A stretch of 62,891 nt of DNA, counting the filler, from Octopus bimaculoides (Eukaryota), in NCBI RefSeq assembly GCF_001194135.2. It is 5 parts of 5 records of this genome, joined end to end, with 100 filler letters (N's around TTAATTAATTAA, not from the genome) between each part and the next. Parts side by side here need not be neighbours in the genome. Positions count along the whole stretch, not along the records: positions 1 to 13,348 come from NC_069006.1; positions 13,449 to 37,680 come from NC_068996.1; 3 more parts are not named here. The stretch is one strand, 5' to 3'. The notes below the pieces were generated by a model. It was not told the origin of the DNA, did no database searches, and worked only from the letters and a program-made list of their open reading frames with translations. This document shows, one piece after another, positions 11,184 to 22,086 of this stretch; position 1 is the stretch's first letter, and every line of letters starts with the position of its first letter. A program made the position numbers and the translations under genes.

Positions 11184-13219
11184 CATATATACATTTAATA
11201 ATCAAGGATATTTGAGGTGGATAAATTAGATTTAGCTCGCATATAAATGTCAAAATTTGTATCTATGCTTATGGATACGTGTTATTCGAATTTTTATGTA
11301 TAAATGTTTGTAAGTATGTACAATTTGTCATATCATACCGATGGAGATAAGGAGATCTTACGTATCTAAACTAGAAATCGATTTATGGTTAAAACTTCCT
11401 TTAAAATTTTTATTTGTTCACTTTCTTCGATTTCAATCCGTGCTAATGGAGTAGTTGTTAGAGACATTAGGCGTTCATTTCTAGCATGTGGCGTTATTCA
11501 TTAGTGCCCTTATTATTATAATTTCTATTCTTATAATTAGGGAGAAACACACACACACACACACATATACATACATATATATTATATACATATAAATATA
11601 TAGATATATACTTTGTATATACGTATATAAATACATGTATGTATGTATGTATGTATGTATGTATGAATGAATGTATTCGTCCGTGTACCTCTGTTCGTTT
11701 TCATGAATATTAATGTATATGAGTTTTATATGTATGCTCAGACTTAAAACACATGCCAAATATAAAATATACTCTAAAATACAAATGGCGGTTTTCCTGA
11801 GTCTGCATGACACATACCTCTCTTTGTTCGCCAGTCAGTTATATTTTCCAAATGAAGTTCCTTCTCCTCTTCTGGGTCCAATTTCTCATGCCCCTTCAAC
11901 TGAGCCTTTATCATAAGATTTAAAAGGTTTTTATGCATCTGCAAAATATGTTAAAATATTGATTAAAGTTTTCATGAACAGAGAAATTAAAATGGTGCAC
12001 ATATATACTGATATATAAGTTTATATGTCAAAGAAGATTAAACAAGCTGCTCACAGGAATGTTCCAGTGTATACTGGGCGCTTCCTTTTCATTATCAAAT
12101 ATACAAAAAAATGCTCTTCGTCTAATGCGACCGTATTACGAATGGGAGACCAAATGTTGTAGGACAGAGAGTGGATATGCAGACATCCGCTCGACACAAT
12201 AATCGATAGTGATAATAAAATATTGAAACCAGTTGAAATGCGACAAAATATGACGGTCTTTAACTACAACCTTATGAATGACTGCTTAGGGAAGGTCGGC
12301 GATTATATAACGTGGTCACATCATTTCATTCACCATTAAGAAATATTTGTTTATTATCAAAAAATATATGACAGGAAGGTTCAAATTTCATCCTCCAGTC
12401 AGCTATTTGCAATGAGTGAATGACAATAAAACTATAGTGATGGTGTACCATTCTGGTGGTCGATGGAGGCAAGACAAGATATCTTACCTAAAAATATGAT
12501 TCTGTATGGTTGTTCTGTTGAACAAAATGTATACATCTACTCAATTGATTCGAAAGAAGATAAAGCTGAAATATTGTCCTATCCACAACGTAGTTTATGA
12601 TAAATTTGTGATTTCATTCACTATTTTTGTATACTGACACAGCATGGTATTCCAAAGTACAGAATTGTAAATTTTCTCCTTCAAAACCTCTTTAAGATAT
12701 TTTTCAGTAATTGCAAGATGAATCATACTAAATTTCGTTTTGTTACCCACAAAGTATACTTTTAGAGAAGGGGTGCATTTTATGTGAGGGTCATCTTATA
12801 AACCAGCAAATACGATATATTTAAATACTATCGAATAATAATTCAAAATACCCTGTGTAGTATTTACATTCTGGATACAGTTTTGATATTCCAAATAGTT
12901 TTTCTGATATACTTAAATACACATGTTGCATTTAAAATTGAGTTTCAATATCCAAAGTATGATGAAGAAGATATCTGGCTGCTTTTTCTAGTAAATGAAA
13001 CGACAACGTAGAGGATACCTCGTGTACTCGATGGTTCAAATCTACACACATAAGAAGATAACAGAATAAAAACATCAAAACTTACATTCTCATTAATTCC
13101 TGTTTCTTTTCGTTGTTGTATCAGTTGTCTACAAAATTTCCTGAAATATATTTGGTTTCCAATAACAGTTCTTGATAATCCAGATTTTTCTATCAATTTC
13201 GTTGTAGATGGCAAAAGAA
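388..13219 (-). CDS. CYP3A-like: Cytochrome P450, clan 3 (CYP3A-like), 5'-partial gene; join complement(13086..13219,11818..11938,9886..10043,7941..8029,3807..3944,3053..3215,388..462)
   Basis: Seven exons, all with GT-AG boundaries and compatible phases, splice into one open frame of 878 nt. It carries the I-helix AGYETT, K-helix ETLR (ExxR), PERF and heme-binding FGAGPRMCLG motifs and ends at TAA 388-390. The exact ortholog cannot be assigned by eye. Confidence 0.95.
850..2560 (+). mobile_element. Degenerate CR1/L2-group LINE (endonuclease and RT remnants) in the last P450 intron
   Basis: AP-endonuclease-like remnants (RGVVYIS, CCIAYRPP, FLADLN) at about 1000-1230. RT domain 4-5 remnant LGPLLCVVALANMSLVTDAAALTSSTDDSKVLK at 2111-2209. 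Confidence 0.65.
2620..2930 (+). mobile_element. 3' end of an RTE (BovB-like) LINE ORF
   Basis: ORF 2672..2923 ends ...RQESKARQDRPRLPPTLPCSQCHRLFYPRIGLHNRQWHHQK, a degenerate terminal C2H2-type tail of RTE elements. Confidence 0.7.
3053..3215 (-). CDS. CYP3A-like: P450 heme-binding exon (163 nt): FSEEAKSKQVPFTYLPFGAGPRMCLGMRLAKLEFKVAAVQMIRNFKIFATEKTE
   Basis: FxxGxRxCxG signature; acceptor ttatttacag, donor GTAAGT. Confidence 0.97.
3269..3337. repeat. Perfect 21-bp inverted repeat (69-nt hairpin) in a P450 intron
   Basis: TTTCTAATTGGAGGAGCCAGG (3269-3289) is the exact reverse complement of 3317-3337; 27-nt spacer. Confidence 0.9.
3807..3944 (-). CDS. CYP3A-like: P450 meander exon (138 nt): LDRQCNKACTIKGVQIPEKLTIRVAVDALHYDPKYYPEPDKFIPE(R)
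   Basis: Acceptor tttctttcag, donor GTAACA. Phase 2 at both ends; completes PER|F with the next exon. Not in the ORF track. Confidence 0.93.
5990..6737 (+). mobile_element. Non-autonomous Helitron with a PIF1-helicase motif I fragment
   Basis: 6459-6575 reads LLNNEQKHVYDFVYHSLEWNTSALIFIDATGGTGKAFL*. A 3' hairpin ACCCG...CGGGT lies at about 6719-6737; the CTAG end presumably falls in the N-gap. 6060-6270 is homologous to 56030-56210. Confidence 0.8.
6997..7037 (-). ncRNA. Degenerate type-I hammerhead ribozyme motif (PLE-type), sense to the P450 intron
   Basis: Minus strand reads GTTA-CTGAAGA-G-ATTGC-aagagt-GCAAT-GAAAT-g-ATT-TAAC: stem I GTTA/TAAC, core CUGANGA...GAAA, stem II 5 bp, stem III 2 bp, AUU cleavage triplet. 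Confidence 0.6.
7941..8029 (-). CDS. CYP3A-like: P450 K-helix exon (89 nt): DLPDYDNVQKLPYLDMCMDETLRMYPIGT(A)
   Basis: ETLR (ExxR) motif; acceptor ttgtgttccag, donor GTACGT. Phase 0 in, phase 2 out. Confidence 0.93.
8517..8590. repeat. Perfect 36-bp-arm palindrome abutting an N-gap
   Basis: GCAGCTAAAAAGCTGAGAATCTCACAGATAGCATCA-CT-TGATGCTATCTGTGAGATTCTCAGCTTTTTAGCTGC, followed immediately by N. Confidence 0.85.
9886..10043 (-). CDS. CYP3A-like: P450 I-helix exon (158 nt): ITDDEILAQCVIIFLAGYETTASTLTFFTHSMATNPEKQQKLYEEIVEVLGD
   Basis: AGYETT motif; acceptor ttctcatag, donor GTAAGC. Confidence 0.95.
11818..11938 (-). CDS. CYP3A-like: P450 exon equivalent to CYP3A4 exon 9 (121 nt): MHKNLLNLMIKAQLKGHEKLDPEEEKELHLENITDWRTKR(G)
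   Basis: Acceptor ttttgcag, donor GTATGT. Phase 0 in, phase 1 out, exactly bridging the flanking exons. H-helix-like NLLNLMI. Not in the ORF track. Confidence 0.88.
13086..13219 (-). CDS. CYP3A-like: P450 exon equivalent to CYP3A4 exon 8 (134 nt): xLLPSTTKLIEKSGLSRTVIGNQIYFRKFCRQLIQQRKETGINEN
   Basis: Acceptor ttttttccag (AG at 13221-13220), donor GTAAGT (13085-13080). Phase 1 in, phase 0 out. F-G/G-helix-like sequence. Confidence 0.85.
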
Positions 13220-13348
13220 CTGGAAAAAAGAAATTTGTGATTTTTTTTTTATTGTATTCAAAATACTTAAAATCTGGTGCAGTAGAACAAAAGATAAGAC
13301 AAAAAAAATGTATAGACTAAACTGGTTGACTGACGGGTAATAATGCCC

Positions 13349-13448
13349 NNNNNNNNNNNNNNNNNNNNNNNNNNNNNNNNNNNNNNNNNNNNTTAATTAA
13401 TTAANNNNNNNNNNNNNNNNNNNNNNNNNNNNNNNNNNNNNNNNNNNN
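13349..13448. other. Artificial 100-bp scaffold spacer (44 N + TTAATTAATTAA + 44 N); also at 37681-37780, 50233-50332 and 57446-57545
   Basis: The same 44/12/44 layout occurs four times, and the 12-mer has stops in all six frames. Assembly linker, not genomic sequence. Confidence 0.9.
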
Positions 13449-14420
13449 CATTGGCTTTATCTAGTGTTATATTGCTACTTTTAACTAATTTTCCTCTTTT
13501 TAGGGTTGCTTTGGCACATTTTTCTAATCCGAATTTCATATCTATTTCCTTGGTAAAGCCATGTACTGTCTGTAGTAGTGTTTCTAGCTCTTTGTCATTT
13601 TTAGCGTATAATTTTAGGTCATCCATATATAAGAGGTGGCTGACTGTTTTGCCGTAACATTTGTAACCGCATCCAGTTCTATTTAGCAATTCAGTTAAAG
13701 GTGTGAGTGCCAGGCAGAACAGGAGTGGAAAGAGCGTGTCTCCCTGGAATATTCCTCTTCTAATGGGGATGGCTTTCATTTTCACAAGTTCCTCTTTTGT
13801 TTGGAGCTGTAGCACTGTCCGTAATTTGTTCATTGAGTGCCTTATGTATTTTATAATAATTGGTACCACCTTGTTTATGGCTAATGTTTCGAGAATCCAC
13901 GTGTGGGGAACACTGTCGAAAGCCTTTTGGTAGTCCACCCAGGCCATACTGAGGCCTTTCTTCTTTCTGCGGCTGTCTTCAGTTATGGCTTTATTGATCA
14001 ATAATTGATCTTTACAGCCCTTGCAGCATCCCTTCTGCTCTTCTGGAAACAGGTTGTTATTTTCCAGGTGCTTACTCAATCTCTGCGATATTATTGCAGT
14101 AAAGGCTTTGTAGATCGTAGGGAGACAGGTTATAGGTCTGTAGTTTTGTGGTCTCTCCGTTTCCGTGTATTTGGGAATTATGATGGTTTTCCCTTTCGTG
14201 AGCCATTCAGGCATTGTCTCTGGCCTTGCTAGTATGCTGTTAAAGTTTTCTGCCAGCTTTTTATGCATTCCTGTCAGGTGTTTTAACCAGAAGTTGGGGA
14301 TCTTGTCGTGCCCAAGTGCCTTCCAGTTGCTTAGTCTTTGCAGTGTCTGGGTGACCTCTTCAGTTGTTATAGGGGTCCAGAGTTTCTCAGGTGCTAAGTT
14401 CGTTGTTTTAATGGTCCTTT
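13449..14420 (-). mobile_element. Non-LTR retrotransposon reverse transcriptase, R4/Dong-like, 5'-truncated, 3' end lost in a gap
   Basis: Open frame of about 320 aa with NYRPITCLPTIYK, EQKGC, DYQKAFDSVPH, RGIFQGDTLFPLLFCLAL, HLLYMDDLKLYA and FGLEKCA. The 5' junction lies in a (TAA)n tract. Confidence 0.92.
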
Positions 14421-14849
14421 TTATTATTATTATTATCATTATTATTATTATTATTAATATTATTATTATTATTCGGGTTTGGAAAGAGAGGACGCTTGTT
14501 CTTGGATCATAAGTTTTCTTTAAAATTTACTGGTTCATTAGTGGGTATTCTAAATTTTGTTGAATTGTTAAGTAAATAACTCAGCGAGCTGCATGCAGAG
14601 AGATCTGTTGGGGTGAGAATTCACCCTTTATAGCCGAATTTTGAGATTTAGAATTGCATATTTATTTTTTTTTTTAAATATCAATGTCGCTTCACAATTT
14701 GGGGGAAGTGATAGCTGTTAGAATAACCACTATGACATTGTTCTCTCACCACTAGTTAATGTGATCGAGAAACAAAGCAAAGACAGCAGTAACAACAACA
14801 ATAACAACATCAGCGACAACAACAACAACAACGGAAGTAGCAGTATCAG

Positions 14850-15570
14850 CGATGAGCAATATATTTTTTTTAAATGACGCAAGCACGACCTCCACAACCA
14901 TTGCTAACACAAATACCACTAGCACCACTGCTACCATCGCCACTACCATCACAAACATTAATAAAACAACAACAGCAGCCGTTCTCTTTTCTAAGCAGAA
15001 TGGGAAAGATTTCGCACATGCTTGTCCGAAAATAGAAAAAGTCGAGTTGACACAAAAAATGTTGAGCCATGCTAAGCACTTAACAAAGAATAGCAGAAAA
15101 GTCTTCCTTAACACACCGGAAGAAATGCAAGAAGACACTAAGGAATAAAACATTATATATAAATGTATATAATTGAAGACGGGGATATTGAAGAGAGCGA
15201 CACTCATTGAAAACTGCTTTAGAACGGTCTGGGATTAAAAACTTGTCACCCGTGGGAGACGCTTTAGTACAGTTGAGGTAAGATTCCCAACTGAAGAATT
15301 AGCTAAAGAAAATGCCACCACAGCTCTCAAAAGTGAGGAATTATTGCTAATTCTGACACACCTCTGTCGGAGCGTTGTCAAAATAAAGGTATCGAGGCTG
15401 CCACCAGAAGTGGATTTCTCTTTGCTGATAGCAGTCGTATTATACGGTATAGAAGGAAAGGGAAAATTTTGCAAGTCCAAAAACGGAGAAAGAAGAATCG
15501 GTCAGGCATGGGCACGGAACTGTGGTTACACACCGATTTGGGAAGTATTGAAGCTTCCCCTAACCTGATC
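14850..15570 (+). mobile_element. Tx1/L1-like LINE ORF1 fragment
   Basis: GRRFSTVEVRFPTEELAKENATTALKSEELLLILTHLCRSVVKIKVSRLPPEVD aligns by eye with the ORF1 at 51956..52201, which lies upstream of an L1-type endonuclease. Confidence 0.6.
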
Positions 15571-16019
15571 AACCTCCCTAATAGAATATAGTTATTTGTA
15601 GCAGTAGAGGGAATACATACATACATACATACATAATACATACATACATACATACATACATACATACATACATACATACATACATACATACATACGCGCG
15701 CGCAATAGTTTTATGCTACACACAAAAATAAATCAGCTGAAAAAGAACTCAATACTTTATGTAATCTATATAATATAATAAGATATAATAAGATATATTC
15801 GTAGAAAATGCACATCTATGCTTTAACTATGCCTCGCTACTTCATGTTACGTTTAATGTTTTTAAGCATTTCAAACATACACTTTTATTTTATATAAACG
15901 TTAATAAAATAGAATAATTTAGTTATTCAAAGTAATTATATGTTTAAATATAACTACACTATATTTCGAGTGTAACTTCTGTTAATGTTTACAAGTATAA
16001 ATGTATTTCTTTTATGCAT

Positions 16020-17520
16020 TGTTGTGACGAATTGAATAACCTAGTCACTGTAAGTAAAGAGAAGTACCAGAATACGTAGTAGTCGGTCAGATATAGTTGT
16101 GTTTTTACTGGTTTTACTAAGTATACTGTATACCGAAGTGGGCATTATAACAATCCAACATTGTAAGGATTATAGCAGTGGCAACGAGGATTTAAACAGC
16201 TCAGGAGGAATTAATAAACTCGACGAGGATAAACAAATTCACGTGGAGTTAATAGAAACTCGAAGAGGATTTCATAAACTCACAAAATTTTGTTGTGCGA
16301 ATTTTACGAAAAAAAATCTTAAAATTATGGAAAATTTGTTGGTCGGTTTGCTCGAGTTGCAAAAACAGCAACAACAGCAACTGTAAGAACAGCAACAGCA
16401 GCAGCTACAACTGCAAGAACAACAGCTGAAGAAACAACAACAACAACTGAAAAGACAACAGCAACTGAAAGAACAACAGCATCAGCTGCAACAGCAAGAA
16501 CAACTGAAGCAACAACACCTCCAACAACTGAAAGAAAAACAGCAGCAGGTACAACTGCAAGAGCATCAACAGAACAACAAATAACATTACAACAACAAAT
16601 GCAATTACTGAAGTCGTCAGGAAAGTCAGAAAAAGTGTCCTCAACAGACTATGTCGCGAACTCCATAACAGAGTTCAAATACGAATCTGACGAAGGAGTT
16701 ACCTTCGAAGCATACTACAGAAGATATGAGCAAACCTTCCAGAAAGAATGTAAAGATTGGGACAGCAAGATGAAAATGCGCTTAATCTTGAGAAAACTGG
16801 TGCCAACAGAACATGAACGATACAGTAATTAGGTACTCCCAAAAAAACTTTCGAACATAAACTTTAATGACACGATAGATATATTGTGTAAAATTTTTAC
16901 TGAAAAGAGCTCATTGTTCAGCACACGCTGGAAATGTCTGAACATAGAGGAAAGTAAAATCGGTCTTTGATAATTTGCTACCTGGCAAGAAAAGAAAAAG
17001 TACCAGGGAAGACATAGTAAGATTCTTTGAAGCTGGTGTAAATGTGTATATGAAGGCATACAAGAATGGAAAGCAGAGTTGGGAAGATGGCGTAATTACC
17101 AAATGCATAGGTAAAATGACGTTTTGAGTAAAAGTAAAAAGCATACGATAGAGACACAGGAACCAACTTAAAAAGAGATTCGTGGAAAGCGAACCAAAGA
17201 AGTTGGAGGAACCGATGGAATGGTTGTACGATACGTTCCAAGTACCCACTCCACTGCGTGTGATGGAACCCAAGCGTACAAGTGAGAGGGGAAAACATAT
17301 AGAGTTCCTGAAAATAGATGCCAAACGCAAAAAATGTTAAATTGTACGAAAAACAAAAAAACTCAAAAAGGGAGTTGGGGTAAATAAAAAAATTTTTGCT
17401 AAATAAAGTGACACTTCTAAGAAAAACTTAAAAGGGGAGATGCTGTATTAGTAATAATGGTACACCCTTCCCACGTGATGATGAATGGAATAATATAGTC
17501 TCTATAGGTAAGGAGAGGTA
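16020..17520 (+). mobile_element. Internally deleted Gypsy LTR retrotransposon (poly-Q gag pseudo-ORF joined to the pol 3' end)
   Basis: CA end (16176-77) followed by PBS-like TGGCAACGAGG (16179-16189). Gag ATG at 16327, Q-rich tract, then ITEFKYESDEGVTFEAYYRRYEQTF...LVPTEHERYSN*VLPKK...SSLFSTRWKCL. Pol-tail-like MEPKRTSERGKHIEFLKIDAKR, then PPT AAAAGGGGAGA (17430-17440) followed by TG. Confidence 0.8.
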
Positions 17521-17820
17521 CGTGAAAGGATGAAATGCAAAGTCAACCTCGGCAAAATTTTAACTCAGAATGTGACGACAGATGAAATGCCATTAAGCAT
17601 TTGTCCGGCGTGCAAACGATTCTGCTGGCTCGCCGCCTTCTTTTCTCGTTTGATATTCCTCCATTGTCTTTCTCGGCCACTTATCTCGATATTATCCGAA
17701 TGCTTATAACATCAAACGTTCAGCTTTTCCATACATGCCCTTTATATGTGTGTGCGTGCAAGTATGTATGCAAGTGCTTGTGCATGATCCTGTGACTGTG
17801 AGCCCAGATATATATACGCG

Positions 17821-17888
<68 letters not shown>

Positions 17889-18719
17889 TGNNNNNNNNNN
17901 NNNNNNNNNNNNNNNNNNNNNNNNNNNNNNNNNNNNNNNNNNNNNNNNNNNNNNNNNNNNNNNNNNNNNNNNNNNNNNNNNNNNNNNNNNNNNNNNNNNN
18001 NNNNNNNNNNNNNNNNNNNNNNNNNNNNNNNNNNNNNNNNNNNNNNNNNNNNNNNNNNNNNNNNNNNNNNNNNNNNNNNNNNNNNNNNNNNNNNNNNNNN
18101 NNNNNNNNNNNNNNNNNNNNNNNNNNNNNNNNNNNNNNNNNNNNNNNNNNNNNNNNNNNNNNNNNNNNNNNNNNNNNNNNNNNNNNNNNNNNNNNNNNNN
18201 NNNNNNNNNNNNNNNNNNNNNNNNNNNNNNNNNNNNNNNNNNNNNNNNNNNNNNNNNNNNNNNNNNNNNNNNNNNNNNNNNNNNNNNNNNNNNNNNNNNN
18301 NNNNNNNNNNNNNNNNNNNNNNNNNNNNNNNNNNNNNNNNNNNNNNNNNNNNNNNNNNNNNNNNNNNNNNNNNNNNNNNNNNNNNNNNNNNNNNNNNNNN
18401 NNNNNNNNNNNNNNNNNNNNNNNNNNNNNNNNNNNNNNNNNNNNNNNNNNNNNNNNNNNNNNNNNNNNNNNNNNNNNNNNNNNNNNNNNNNNNNNNNNNN
18501 NNNNNNNNNNNNNNNNNNNNNNNNNNNNNNNNNNNNNNNNNNNNNNNNNNNNNNNNNNNNNNNNNNNNNNNNNNNNNNNNNNNNNNNNNNNNNNNNNNNN
18601 NNNNNNNNNNNNNNNNNNNNNNNNNNNNNNNNNNNNNNNNNNNNNNNNNNNNNNNNNNNNNNNNNNNNNNNNNNNNNNNNNNNNTATATATATATATACA
18701 TATATATTCAAATATGAAT

Positions 18720-20128
18720 TAGAATCAGCGCCAATGTTGTAAACATTATCAAACACACATACTCAATGAATGTGCTTTGCTTGTTTGCCAGTAAGCTGCT
18801 AATTAACGTAGTGGGTATGACTCTTTCAAAGCACTGAGTGTTAAAACACCTGAAAGGCGAGTCACTTTCAGGAGCGATTGATATCGATGTTTCGCCATTG
18901 TTGTGGATTTTCACCATCATGGATACACTTCAGCAGCTATAAGTGAGAAATAGAGTGAAATGTTTTCCTTTAATTAAGCCAGGCTGTAGTAATATCCCCA
19001 CACCCCCTTCTTTCCACCTGCTTGCTCCCCAGTCACTACGTTGTTGTACACAATAATCCTCGGGGAATTGGTTGAAGTAACCTGTGTATAGTTTGTACAT
19101 AACGTTTAGGCAAACAATGGAGCTATAGTTTTCAGCAAACTCGGTGGTTTCCTTCTTTGCTACAAGATTTTTCCGTGCTATAGCAAACCAATTTGGTATG
19201 TTAGTCTGATCTTACATAGCGCTTTGAATATACCTATTAGTGGTTTCCTTTAAAATGTCAGCCTCTTGTACCAGTATCTACTAGTTTCCTTTCAGGTGTA
19301 TTCCCAATATGTAGTTTGCCCACAGCTATGGTGACAGTTTCTGGGTCAATTGCATGTGATTTACTATTTATATTGGTGCAGTATTCTCTCCTTACTGCAT
19401 TTAGCTACGATGCATTAAGTTTGACATTACTCTTTTCGTTTCAGATTTTCAACCAGGATAATTCAAGATTCTTGAGAGGGTGCTTTCTTAAGAGTAATAT
19501 TTTCCTTCCTCATCCCTCTGTATAATGCAGTAGTGAAGATTTTCGCTCAGCTGAGTTCGTGTTTTAAAGTAATTGGCCTTCCCTCAAGAACTTGGTATGA
19601 AGAGTCATAGAATTATGTTAATTTATTCATAAGATGTAATGATGAGATGTAAATTCATTATTCCACTTACATTATACTATTGTGGTGAACCATCCAACAT
19701 GGTGGTGCAGTATTCATGTTTTCATCGGGCTTGTTTTCCCGAAGTTGCTTCTGTTTAGTAGTTTCATTACCGTGTGTACTACAGATTTCTCCTAAGTGTT
19801 CTTTAAGAGTTATAGCAGTTATATTAGTTAATATCACATGATTCCATGCGCTCTCCAGTGACATCGTCGATAACTTTCAACATTAGGGCTGTTAAGATTA
19901 ACCTGTCACTTAACGATGGTTTCGAAAAGTAAAATATTTTTAAGAACTGTTTCAGGATGTTTCTAAGTTAAAAATATTCCCCAGTTGTGTCTGTTGACTC
20001 AGCTATATTATGAGACACAAGAATTTAGTGATGGTGGCAGCGATTTGTTGCATTACTTTTGATCTCTCTTCTAGCAGATTTTGGCCTGTTCTTAGTGTTT
20101 TGAGAAGATCGATTTACCTCACGAGAGC
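18720..20128 (-). mobile_element. Heavily degenerate R4/RTE-type LINE (RT N-terminal region)
   Basis: 19080-19160 reads AKKETTEFAENYSSIVCLNVMYKLYTGY (cf. NYRPIACLNxxYKLxT). An IDINR/QxDS remnant lies near 18840-18890. Many stops and frameshifts. Confidence 0.65.
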
Positions 20129-20676
20129 NNNNNNNNNNNNNNNNNNNNNNNNNNNNNNNNNNNNNNNNNNNNNNNNNNNNNNNNNNNNNNNNNNNNNNNN
20201 NNNNNNNNNNNNNNNNNNNNNNNNNNNNNNNNNNNNNNNNNNNNNNNNNNNNNNNNNNNNNNNNNNNNNNNNNNNNNNNNNNNNNNNNNNNNNNNNNNNN
20301 NNNNNNNNNNNNNNNNNNNNNNNNNNNNNNNNNNNNNNNNNNNNNNNNNNNNNNNNNNNNNNNNNNNNNNNNNNNNNNNNNNNNNNNNNNNNNNNNNNNN
20401 NNNNNNNNNNNNNNNNNNNNNNNNNNNNNNNNNNNNNNNNNNNNNNNNNNNNNNNNNNNNNNNNNNNNNNNNNNNNNNNNNNNNNNNNNNNNNNNNNNNN
20501 AAGAACGCTACGTTGGTAAGAAAAAGGTATTTCTCTTGTTTATAATGGGAGAAATAAATGAGTTACTGATTTGGGCTAGAGAAATCAGTATAAATGTAGA
20601 AGAAAACGTTCAAAAAGAAACTTTAAACGGTCCTCTACGCCTGCACGTCTGATACAGACGACGCCTTCTTATACAT

Positions 20677-20769
<93 letters not shown>

Positions 20770-22032
20770 TATATGTGTGTGTGTGTATATGTATGTATGT
20801 GCGTACCTATGTATATATGTATGTTTGTAGCAGTGGCACCCATGGATGTAAGGATTAAGAAAAATGGCAATGAATTATTTGATGCACTCATGGGTGAGTA
20901 CAACAAAGTAGAATTATACATGTCTATAAAAGTATGCACATCCGCAGCTTCAATAAAAGACTACATTTTTACTGTATCTTTCTTATTGATATTTTCTCCA
21001 CTTTGAGTTATACCTAAGTGCTCGGCATACATGCCTATACACACACACACACATATATATATATGTGTGTGTGTGTGTGTATGTATATATGCATATATAT
21101 ATATATATGCATATATATATATATANNNNNNNNNNNNNNNNNNNNNNNNNNNNNNNNNNNNNNNNNNNNNNNNNNNNNNNNNNNNNNNNNNNNNNNNNNN
21201 NNNNNNNNNNNNNNNNNNNNNNNNNNNNNNNNNNNNNNNNNNNNNNNNNNNNNNNNNNNNNNNNNNNNNNNNNNNNNNNNNNNNNNNNNNNNNNNNNNNN
21301 NNNNNNNNNNNNNNNNNNNNNNNNNNNNNNNNNNNNNNNNNNNNNNNNNNNNNNNNNNNNNNNNNNNNNNNNNNNNNAAACAAAAAATCAGTATACCAGA
21401 CGAACATTACATGTATCCAGCATAGTACATAGAAAATTGCTTATCCTTATATATCTATGTAAGAGGCGGGATTTTCGAATTGCATTTCGGTACACGTGTT
21501 TATTTTTGTTTTGTTTGTTTTTTTGTTTTTGGGGGGGGGGGTTTCAGAATAAAATTCAGTACTGAATATATTCTGGTTAAATTTGCAATTTAAATATAGG
21601 ATAAAATCTTTATAAGAATTTATCAAGTAGTTAGCGTGAAAAAACCTCATAAGGGAAAAATTTATTAATTATTCCCTATAAATATACTTATTTATATTAA
21701 GGACATTACTATACATAAATGCCTCACGCTAGGAGGGACTCTAAAAGTCAAACTACCATAATAAACACATTTTACCGAACGCGTTTTATAACGTCCTGTA
21801 CCCATATATGCAGATGTGTATACATATATATGGAAATATGTACATATATGTATGTATATATATGTATATATATATATTATTTATATTATATATATATATC
21901 TATATATACGCACACACACGTGTGTATATACGTACATGTGCAAATATGTATATATACTTATATGCATATGAATGTATACACATATATATACTTCTATATA
22001 CACATATACATATGTGTATGTATATATGTATG

Positions 22033-22086
<54 letters not shown>

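Noticed and set aside
13393-13404. TTAATTAATTAA between N-runs, four occurrences (also 37725, 50277, 57490)
   Set aside because: Identical 44N/12/44N layout and a six-frame-stop linker: a scaffolding artefact, not a biological repeat.
16687-16711. CTGACGA-AGGAGTTACCTTC-GAAGC, hammerhead-like
   Set aside because: GAAA is absent, there is no stem I or III, and it lies in the Gypsy gag coding frame (SDEGVTFEA).
20831-20899. Exon-like + strand segment (tttgtag...CATGG|gtgagt; MDVRIKKNGNELFDALM)
   Set aside because: Isolated, on the wrong strand for the P450, with no recognisable homology and no partner exons.
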